The position numbers and the translations under genes were made by a program. A stretch of DNA of 64,000 nt from Auanema rhodensis (Eukaryota; Animalia; Nematoda), in NCBI GenBank assembly GCA_964057225.1, contig OZ059895.1:11780001-11844000 (forward strand), given 5' to 3'. Below, piece after piece: positions 29,126 to 37,747 of this stretch (position 1 is its first letter; each line of letters opens with the position of its first letter). The notes beneath the pieces are model-generated. The model saw only the letters and a program-made list of their open reading frames with translations. It ran no database searches and was not told where the DNA came from.

Positions 29126-29833
29126 TAATCTAATGTAGAACTTTTTACGACCTTGGCCATTCTGTGAGTCTCCTTCTTGTGGTGTGTAATATGATTCGGC
29201 GGCAGTATCAAAAGTCTTTGATCTTTTACTTTTGAGTGTACGAACCGGTGATGGTGAATATCGAATAACAGCTTTACGATGACGTGGCGTTCTAGGTAAT
29301 ACAGTAGAGTCCAAGTCTGTAACAGCCGGTTCAGCTCTAGTTACAACGTCAACTGAATCATTGTCAGCCGACTCTTTTCTAGTTTGTTTCTTGTTAGAAC
29401 TAGATACGCCTTTACTGGCTAAAAACTTTGACAAGACTGAAAATCCATTGGGCTCCGTTTTTGTTTTATCCAATACAAAATCTAAAATTTTTGTAATATC
29501 GGTGTTTGGTACAGCCTCATTATTAATCACAAGTTGATTACTCTTGTTTGTGCGCACCTCTGGAAATTTCTCTCACAAATTGTTATACTTTCTTGGCAAC
29601 TTGTATTCTGGCAATAGAGGTGGATCAGGATTTTCCACTTGTACTGATATGGGCGCATCTATACTTTCTCTATAGTTTTTGAGACGAGCAATCAAGTCTT
29701 CGTATAGTTCAGCCTTTTTATAATCGGGTATAGCTCTATTTTCTCGTAAAAGCTTCAATTCTGCATCAAACTTGTCTATATTAATTGTTTCCTCGTCGAC
29801 AGGAATTAGTCGATATTTATGGTTAAGCTTCAT
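29117..29833 (-). pseudogene. Maverick uncharacterised core-type protein, one gene split by an in-frame TGA
   Basis: The 86-aa and 146-aa ORFs are in the same frame, separated by one TGA (29573-29575). It has a helical FDAELKLL..IPDYKKAELY segment, a Ser/Arg/Pro-rich middle and a C-terminal QNGQG-RKKFYIRLWK. Confidence 0.7.
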
Positions 29834-29911
29834 GATTTAAAACCAAAATAGGCAATACCACATGTAACTATTGTTTTCAATTGTTTGTGTGAAAGCGTTG
29901 CCAATAATGAT

Positions 29912-30256
29912 TTAGCCTTTTCCAGCCCATACTGTAAAAATGTTGTTGAGTAATTCCTTTGCTGCTTTATTCGATGAAAAAAAGTTTATCAAATCATCCA
30001 GCACTAGTATAGTATTTATTCCCTTTTGTTCTTTTATTAAATCAGGATCAGGGGGCCCTTGAATAATTATTAAACGCTCATCATTTATTGGTACACCTGA
30101 CGATGACCCACATTGACTGAACCAGAATATTCTATCAATGGGAACGTTGAAAAACTTTTCAGTATTTTCACATATATGCTTTATGAGGGTTTTTTTACCG
30201 CATTGGGTAGCACCTATTACAGTTGTCTGACTGGGTAGTTTGAAGCTGAAAACCAT
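29912..30256 (-). pseudogene. Maverick A32/FtsK-like DNA packaging ATPase, C-terminally deleted
   Basis: Walker A GATQCGKK (T>K) and Walker B ILVLDDL. The ORF ends at NIFTVWAGKG*, roughly half the usual length. Confidence 0.9.
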
Positions 30257-30335
30257 AATCAACCACTCGTAAATGTACCTAAAATGCAAATGATTTCATT
30301 TGCAATAGTGTACACGTATCAAGTGGTGGTTTGTC

Positions 30336-31193
30336 ATGGATGATTTTTACATTACTCTTCCATCATCAGTTGACTCTGAAAAAAGTAATACATCATCAGT
30401 GTTTCTTACCAGATTACCTGAAACACTAAGGCTACGCAATAATAGATATTGTATTGGGCTGACAGACATCATTTTTCCTTGTTCTATATTAAATTTTCAA
30501 AAAGATTTATCTTATACACTACGTTTTTCCAACAGAAAGTTTATTCTGCACTTGTCTAAAGGCAACTATGCAAATGGTGATGAAAGAATACGCGGAATCA
30601 ATGCTGGAAGAGAATCATTTATCGCCAACAATACAAAGCCTCTTGGAGCTGAGGAAAAAGCACGTATAAAGGGTTTAATAGATAAAGATGAAGATGTAAA
30701 AAAATGGTATAATAATCGCCAGGCTGAGGCTAAGCTAGTTGAGGAAATGCTCGCAGACGCCACATTTCAGTTTAACAAAACATTGCAGCGCATAGAATTT
30801 GTAACAAGCAAGCGACTATTAATGAATGCAACGCTTGGTGATGATTTTGCATATTTCCTTGGTTTTGAAAATAAAAACATCAACGATACAATAATAGCCA
30901 GGCGTCCCATTGATTTTTTAAATAACATTAATACAATGTATATATATTGTGATATTGTAGAATATTCCATTCTTGGTAGCGTGAAAGCTAATTTACTTAC
31001 ATGTTTACCTGTACCACCTTCTACTGAATTTGGTAAAATGATTGCCAAAACATTTAATCCTATTCGTTATGTACCAATCACTAGACAAACACTCGATACC
31101 ATACGTATTGAAATTTTAGATGAATTTGGTCGTCCTATGCAATTTAATTATGGTTCTACAGTTGTTACATTACATGTTAAAAATATGAAATAA
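30336..31193 (+). CDS. Maverick minor capsid (penton, single jelly-roll) protein, intact ORF
   Basis: MDDFYITLPS...FLTRLPETLRL...YCIGLTDIIFP N-terminus and MYIYCDIVEYSILG...IRYVPI...IRIEILDEFG...TVVTLH C-terminus, typical of Polinton minor capsid. Confidence 0.88.
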   Translation: MDDFYITLPSSVDSEKSNTSSVFLTRLPETLRLRNNRYCIGLTDIIFPCSILNFQKDLSYTLRFSNRKFILHLSKGNYANGDERIRGINAGRESFIANNTKPLGAEEKARIKGLIDKDEDVKKWYNNRQAEAKLVEEMLADATFQFNKTLQRIEFVTSKRLLMNATLGDDFAYFLGFENKNINDTIIARRPIDFLNNINTMYIYCDIVEYSILGSVKANLLTCLPVPPSTEFGKMIAKTFNPIRYVPITRQTLDTIRIEILDEFGRPMQFNYGSTVVTLHVKNMK

Positions 31194-31198
31194 ACGTT

Positions 31199-31659
31199 TT
31201 ATTCAACAGTTATACAATACCACATTTTTATTTTCGATGGTTTAAAAGATAGTTTAGGGCAGTTTTGTTTGTCGCTCGGCTCGTGTTGTGAATGTTCTCC
31301 GTCACTATTGCTGCGGCATCTTTTTGATTGGGTTGAATGTACAAACTCCTCAGCTTTTTCAAAGGGTTTGCTGGTATCATTTCCATCACCATCTTCACCA
31401 TTCGTTCCATTATTATTATGAATACGCCGAATATGACGCTCACAATTGAATCTTGTTCCAAAAGTTTCACTACAATGAGGGCACAAACGTCTACGAACAC
31501 CATCCAAATGTCCATATTTTTGAATAAAGTCAGCATTGCTGATATAATTGTTACATACGGGTTAAATGCATGCCTTTTCAAAACGTGATCACTAAAATGC
31601 TTGGTTGAAGAAAATATTTCCTTGCATGTACCACAATATTTGTTACATAAAAGTTCCAT
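31199..31659 (-). pseudogene. Two-finger C2H2 zinc-finger accessory protein, frameshifted
   Basis: CGTC..F.....DHVLKRH in one frame and CPHC..F.....RHIRRIH in the -1 frame. One extra base near aacccgta joins them (AFNPVCNNYISNADFIQKYGHLDGVRRRLCPHC). Confidence 0.65.
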
Positions 31660-31700
31660 TAGAGGAAAATGAAAAACGACCACACGCAATCAACCCACTT

Positions 31701-31871
31701 TTATATAATGAGCAATAATATGACTAGTGTTGTACAAAAGCCCAATCCCAATGCTATACCTTTAATAAATGGCACTGAAATACATTTCAACATTCTCCTG
31801 TATAAAGGCGCTGGTTTAGATTGCTCCAACGTGTCTTTGACACATAATTCACAGTGACAAGGAATATTCAT
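31701..31871 (-). CDS. Small Cys-rich putative tail-anchored membrane protein
   Basis: 56 aa from ATG, CxCxxC motif and a ~20-aa hydrophobic C-terminus. It fills the gap between the protease and zinc-finger genes. Confidence 0.45.
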   Translation of the reverse strand: MNIPCHCELCVKDTLEQSKPAPLYRRMLKCISVPFIKGIALGLGFCTTLVILLLII

Positions 31872-31988
31872 AACTGACCACGTAATGTAGCAGGTTATTA
31901 ATGACAAATTTCTTATATAGTAGCCAATTTATAGTCGAATACTTTATGCATAAACGCTTTAATAAAGACATCATCATTTTTCAATAGT

Positions 31989-32339
31989 TTAAAAAATGAA
32001 CAACATTAGTATAACAAATACCACATAGCCACCACAAGTGTATTCAATTAAACGTTGTGGTTTGCAAGTATTAATTTTTACCTTTTTATATTTGGCCAGA
32101 TAATTTTGAATGTACTTGTTCATTTTATATCCCAAGCTACAGAAAAAATAGGCTTGCTTGTTACGTACAAAGATGACCTGCCAATGTGTGCCTGGCTTAT
32201 CATGTGTGTCAGTATTTACGACTAGTGCAAAGTTTTTACGACGCGTTTTGGGTAGAGTATCAGCGCTATATACACCGAGGAATAGTTTCCGAGTGCTGGG
32301 GACAGATTGCAATAGTGATACTATTTCAGACGAATACAT
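31989..32339 (-). pseudogene. Maverick adenain-like (clan CE) maturation protease, C-terminus probably disrupted
   Basis: FLGVYSADTLP, VVNTD...PGTHW (catalytic His), YFFCSLG (usual FFDS position), Q...TCGGYV (catalytic Cys). Confidence 0.88.
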
Positions 32340-32390
32340 TTTAGTAGAATGATCTAGTGTAACTTTTGTATTGCGCGCGTGCGGTTCGAT

Positions 32391-32843
32391 ATGCCGCACC
32401 TCCTTTTGGATGTCAACTCTATTCAAGGGACAACACTTTTAAATCAACAAATGGGTGGCGCCCCATTTAGCGGAATGATGTTTCAACGTGGCATGCAGAG
32501 GGGTCATGGTTTGGGTGGTATTTTGGCAACTTTGGCATCATTTCTACCACGCATCATTCAATCACCTATAGCCCAAAATCTCATCAATGCCGGAAGAAAC
32601 GCCTTATCCAGTGCTGTAAGCAATAGTCCAGTAGTAAATTCACCTCTTGGCGGACAGTTGCTGAAAACTGGTGATGAAATTGTCGATGGGGTGCTGAAAG
32701 GCGATAATATCAAGGAAACTCTTAAAACAGCCAGCCGGCAAGCTATACGAGATCTTACCGGCTTGGGCAAACGGCGACGACGCAAAACCACAAAACCTCA
32801 TAAGCGGTTGTGCATCACTCGTGAGCGGTTGTTTCACATTTAA
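32391..32843 (+). CDS. Maverick Gly-rich/basic core protein resembling adenovirus protein VI in layout
   Basis: QMGG-APF, QRGHGLGG, amphipathic ILATLASFLPRII and C-terminal LTGL-GKRRRRK...C. Its stop abuts the capsid ATG (TAAATG). Confidence 0.75.
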   Translation: MPHLLLDVNSIQGTTLLNQQMGGAPFSGMMFQRGMQRGHGLGGILATLASFLPRIIQSPIAQNLINAGRNALSSAVSNSPVVNSPLGGQLLKTGDEIVDGVLKGDNIKETLKTASRQAIRDLTGLGKRRRRKTTKPHKRLCITRERLFHI

Positions 32844-34169
32844 ATGGCTGAATTGATAGATTCAAAATCAGCACAAGCCCTTTTACCTAATATCAACTAT
32901 GGTGATATACCAGCGTCGGCATTAGGTGTTGAATCCACTCGTACTGTACAAGTCCCTTTGAAAAATACTTTTCTTCCTCAAGGACCATGGGAATTTGTTA
33001 TAGCTCAAAATTCCAAATCATTCCTCAATCTGAGAAGATGTTGGTTGAATGTAAAATTTAAAATTGTAACCACAAACGGTGATCCAGTACCAGACAACTT
33101 TGTTTTTGCACCATGTCAACAATTTGCTGCCAGTTTAATACATCATTTGAAAATTGGTGATGTTAGCGTGTATGACTCTACCGTGAATCATGTCTATAAA
33201 ACATATATCGAGAATATTTTAATGTATAGCAACGATGTTAAAGAGAGCAAACTTGCCATATCAGGCTATTATGCTGATAGATATATAGATAATGCTTATA
33301 GATAATTAGAACGCGTCAAGCGCTTGTAAAAAATGGCATATTGTGTGAGATGGCTGCTCCCGTCAGTATGGACCTATTTAATCAAGAGCGACTGTTTGTA
33401 AACTATTCAAAAATGGAGCTAACTGCATATCCAAACCGTGATAACTTTTTAATTGACACTCTAGGCTGGAATAATGAAAACAAGGATACTACATTAAAGG
33501 AGGAGTTTCCAAATTTGAAAATAGATATCAGCGATGTACATTTGCTCATTCAAGAGTTTGATCTAAACGCTGGATTAGCTATTGGCTATAGAAGATAAAC
33601 TCGCAAAGGATCGAATACACTACCCCATGACATCAGTGAAAATGCGCTCTTATTTCATAGAAGGAGGCCGCTTGGATTCACCTAATAATATATTATTCAC
33701 GTCTCACACACCAAAACGTGTTGTAGTAGGTCTTGTCGGCGCACACGCTTATAATGGTACTTTTAAACATTCGCCATTCAACTTTAAACCGTTTGATTTG
33801 AAAAATATATACTTGACGCTCAACAATAGGGTAATACCTACCCGCCTTTATAATTTAGAATGGCGATCTTCCTATGCCACAGCATATATTTACATGTTGG
33901 AAGGTTTGGGACTTGGTCGTACAGATTCATCCAATGGTATTACACCAGGAATGTATAAAGCTGGTTTCACATTTTTTGTATTTGATATTTCTCCTACTGT
34001 GCATTCGTCAGAGTTATTTGATGTTATACGACAAGGTAATGTAGCCTTGAAATTGGAATTTTGTCAACAAACGCCGCAAGAGGGCTTATATGCAATTGTT
34101 TATGCAGATTATGATTCTATTCTTTCAATTGACAACAATCGTGCTCCATATATTGATACCAGTTTGTAA
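32844..34169 (+). pseudogene. Maverick major capsid protein (double jelly-roll), one stop and one frameshift
   Basis: GPWEF, FLNLRRCWL, DLFNQERL, PKRVVVGLV...AYNG...SPFNFKPFDL, GFTFFVFDISP motifs across three ORFs. TAA at 33303-33305 and a frameshift near 33580. Confidence 0.93.
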
Positions 34170-34308
34170 TGTATGTAATAAATTCTTTAAAAGATATAAG
34201 AATAAAATTTATTAATACAACTATTTTTAAAAATAAATACATGTACAATGATAAAATTTATAAATACAAATATGTACAAGATGATAAAAATTTATAAATT
34301 CAAATATA

Positions 34309-34946
34309 TTAAACACAATAACCGTAGGGTAAAGTACTATAATCTTGTAGATAACAAAGTTTATCCATTACAACTTTAGTACTTTTTGTCATATCCATTG
34401 TGGATATGGCACCCAGTTGCCTCTTTAACAAGGTTGTATTGGTTTTTAAAACCAATTTCTCTCCATCCATAACGAGTCCGCGAACCAGTCGCTCCATACT
34501 TTCAAAGTTTACCACTGACGCTGCCGTGTGGTCCAACGTCTGAAAATTATAAAATTATTTGAAAAGTCAAAGCTCGTTCTCACCGGTCTTTCATCAAACA
34601 GATACATTTCAATATTCATTGCCTGGCTAATTACAGCTTCTCGTTTTGATTGCTGCACCTTGCTGATGGCATTCATGATGGCAACGCCATCCAAATGCTC
34701 CCTTCTACGGAAATCCATAAATATGGATCCCTTTTCAAAGGATGAGTGCTCTATTGATAGACAAAATAGTGCTTTTTGTTTATCTGGCACACCACTTTCA
34801 GCAAGGCACCAATCAAGAAACTCATTAAATAGCCGCGGCATGACAACATGCATTTGCTCATTAATGGCTTCCAAATGTGGAAATGTGAGCGATCTAACGA
34901 CCACGTTGGTGAACCGACCAGTGCGTTTTATGCGTCGGTGTGACCA
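34309..34946 (-). pseudogene. Protein-primed family-B DNA polymerase (lineage A), N-terminal and extreme C-terminal parts only, joined across a 44-bp intron
   Basis: N-terminal region ending IMNAISKVQQSK; C-terminus TLDH..VNFESM...STLPYGY. Intron gtgaga...tttcag at 34583-34540; upstream acceptor ttatag at 34947. Confidence 0.85.
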
Positions 34947-35579
34947 CTATAATACACACTTTTTATAATCGCTATACGCTTTTATTTTAAATATAAATAA
35001 TTTTTGTTTATAACTTTTAATAAATTTTCTTTTCTTTAAATTATTTTTATATGCTTTTATTAAAAATAAATGGCTTTTGATTCTTGAATATAAAGTTTTT
35101 TTTTCAACTTTGAAAAAACTTTTATAAACATTTGTTAATGTTCAAAAATAAATGAAAAGGTCACGATGGTGTTTTATTATTTTACTAGTTCAAAATGTTT
35201 GAAATATTTATAATTTGTAAGAATTCAAAATTGGTTGCAGGAAAGATATATAGTGAGATGAAATGTAAAGATTTTAAAATAAATGCTGTTCAAAAGAATG
35301 AATATATAAATTTCAAAATACTTGCAATTTGTTTGATAAAAGATATAGATTGAGATGAAATGTAAAGATGAGAGAGAGAGAGAATTTTATGAATGCAATT
35401 GAAAAAGAGAAATAAATTTCAAAATGTTTTCAAAATATGCAATTGGAGCAAGATCATAATATATTCCATTTTTATTGTTGTAATTATAGCCAATTACAAT
35501 GTATTACACGCTTTCTGAATTCATGATTACTGTGTTTGCTTGTTTTGCATTAAAAAAATCTAAAATTTATAATTTTAAG

Positions 35580-36030
35580 ATGGCTAGAGGCGAGAAAACT
35601 TTCCCTGAAGTAAGATCCATTATAATCAATATGAAGAAGAAGCGAAATGCTGTCGATGCCTCCCAGTACGATTCAAAGAGTATGGAATGATGCCCAAAAA
35701 CCATACAAAGTAGATATGAGAGGACGAGAAAGAAAAACCACGACTAATCAACACAATCTGTTCGTTAGGCCGCTTCATCCCTTAAACGTAAGAAGAAGGC
35801 TGTTAGCCAGAAACTTACGGGCCCGTGTACCTGCTCGAAAGCCGTTGATTTTGGTCAACAACAGGCTCAATCGTGTTCAGTTTGCACAAGAGCATCTGAA
35901 CTGGACCATTCGTTCTAAATTGGCCTAGCCAGTCTCCGGATCTCAACCCCATCAAGCATCTTTGGAGAGAACTTGGACGACGATCTTCAAAATACCCATG
36001 TTCTAATAAGGATGAGAAGTTCAGAGTTTC
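35580..36030 (+). mobile_element. Tc1-family transposase relic with internal deletions
   Basis: MARGEKT, MPPSTIQRV, GRERKTT, VRRRL..RKPL..R.FA.EHLNWT, then a jump to [11 protein letters not shown]. Confidence 0.85.
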
Positions 36031-36619
36031 AGAAAATAATTTTGGATATTTGACTAAATATTAATAAACTTGTTTACTTAATTTCAAAATTTTTTTCATT
36101 CAGAATCAGTAACATCAACTTCTCGCTTTTCAATAGGTTAATTAACTATATTTAATATTTTATTTATATCTAAAGTAAATCTTAAGTAATTGTCAAGTAA
36201 AAATCAAATAAATCTCTCAATCTAAAAACAAAAAAAATTTGATTTTGGTTCATTGATTTTTCTCTTTTATTACTGAGAAATTATTTATGATTTTCTTTCT
36301 AAATGTCACAGTTCATCGGTTCATTCCATGTATACCTTTTAATAATGATGCCGTCTCAGCAATTTGATTTGGGTATATAAAGGATGAGTAACGAAAACTC
36401 TATCCAAATGTTGGTCACCAGAAGACTAGTTCCTGCATCATCTCAGCTGATTCTACACCAGTCGCTGCGAGCTGAATTCAACAGCAAGATAGTCGAAATT
36501 ATCGGAAAAATTTTCCATATTCTCAAACATAATATTACACACCACACGTGAGCTGTATGGATTCTCATGATTCACATTTGCGAAGAGCATTGCAAGTTTT
36601 TTCCTAGTAAAACATGAAT

Positions 36620-37012
36620 AAGCTAACTAAGCTCTGGAGCGTGACGTTCAAATATCGATTTGGCATAGCTGGTATACGATTTCTGACGTAACAGAACAGT
36701 GATTTCAATGAAAATATGGCTTCGGCAATAAATTTCATGGAACATCCTGAGATTACAAAATCTGTTAAACAGGCAACGGTTCGAAATGGAATCCATCATG
36801 AATAAGATGTGTTGTGTTTTCTTCTCCAATTCGCTTGTTTAGAGGCTTATCATGGGTCCTATGTTAGGTTGCATGCAGTTGATAGGTAGAAGACCTCCAC
36901 GGAGGTTTTCTAGCTCTATCTATGCTTGTTCAATAATGGTGGCTAGAGGGGCCATTGATGTTAGAGTTTCGAGGAGAGCAGAAAGGGTGACGTTGACGAG
37001 AGAGGAGGTCAT
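36620..37012 (-). pseudogene. Degenerate coding-like sequence of unknown family
   Basis: From ATG at about 37011 (MTSSLVNVTLSALLETL...) one frame continues through two stops into the 68-aa ORF 36623-36829. No motif recognised. Confidence 0.25.
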
Positions 37013-37456
37013 TTTGAACAAAAAGTGTTTTTAAATTTTCTTTCACAACACATCTTTTTCATGATAGAACTATTGGAGGAGAAAACCAGAAGCAATGAGG
37101 AAAACGATCTAGAAGAGCTCTGCCAGCCTAAAAAGAAATGGACAGAAGGATGCTCTCTCAGCCAGAAAGAGAACGGAATCCGCCAATAAATGCTGGGACA
37201 ACCCGCCAGAATGAAGACCACAGCTGACATCTACAAAACAATGCCGACATGGACAACACAGATAACACAGCAAGCTGTAGGAGATAACAAAACTCAAGGA
37301 GAAGTCTGGATAGAGATGGGGCAAGACCTACCAGCAGAGATCACAAAACTACTGGCAAAACGACTACCAACATGTCAGCATCAAAAAGTAAGGCCAAAGC
37401 AGTTAGCCAAACAATCAGAACAATGAAGCTGATTGGCAGCTGATTTATATAAGCAA

Positions 37457-37661
37457 TGTAACGTTTGTGTAAACTGAGTAGGAATTGCATGGATTTATAA
37501 GCCTGAGTCTTCAAGACTCAGGCATCTAATTATGTCATCATCATCTCTTTATCTTCTCTTTCTTTACTCTAGCTCGAATCTTTGTATAATTATATTGTAA
37601 TGCAAACAAAAAACCTTTATTTCTTTTATTTCTTGTTTCTTATTTCACCATATATCCCACA
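37457..37661 (+). repeat. Possible LTR-like segment
   Basis: TGTAACG...CCCACA ends, TATA-like tttataag, an internal hairpin and a pyrimidine tract. No target-site duplication or partner LTR is seen. Confidence 0.25.
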
Positions 37662-37747
37662 CTTATATATATAAAATCATACTCATCCTCTCATACTCTG
37701 TTTGGACTTCTCAACTTGGAACCATTGAAAATCTAAGGGAACAAATT

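Larger units (their letters stand above)
24492..33632. repeat. Large inverted repeat: arms 24492-28693 and 29429-33632, spacer 28694-29428 (735 bp)
   Basis: Mirror ORF coordinates sum to 58124 (24819+33305, 26931+31193), or to 58122 inside a 2-bp indel (28289+29833). 24492 tgtcatggggtagtgtattcg is the reverse complement of the sequence ending at 33632, and ...cagtcttgtca ending at 28693 mirrors 29429 tgacaagactg. Confidence 0.98.
28694..35453. mobile_element. Decayed Maverick/Polinton element (lineage A): INT, ATPase, penton, protease, major capsid, pPolB; termini not present
   Basis: All six Polinton hallmark genes are co-located with very short intergenic gaps. Several carry stops, frameshifts or deletions. 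Confidence 0.95.

Noticed and set aside
29573-29575. Programmed readthrough or frameshifting at the in-frame TGA, the capsid TAA or the zinc-finger shift
   Set aside because: The element has many independent lesions and no canonical slippery heptamer, so decay is the simpler explanation.
24492-33632. Palindrome arms as the Maverick terminal inverted repeats
   Set aside because: The arms consist of internal genes and break the capsid and integrase mid-frame. No simple-repeat termini or 6-bp TSD are seen.
25287-34968. Antisense/overlapping ORFs (e.g. 25287-25484, 27076-27357, 30767-31048, 34528-34968) and the hydrophobic tail of 31228-31689
   Set aside because: They are shadows of real genes on the other strand or off-frame read-through after a frameshift.
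24492-35453. Fusogen or cargo toxin gene as described in some nematode Mavericks
   Set aside because: No long glycoprotein-like or cargo ORF is present in the surviving portion; it may have been lost with the ends.
37040-37426. Purine-rich ORF-like stretch as retroviral gag/env
   Set aside because: No zinc knuckle, protease, RT or other diagnostic motif was recognised.
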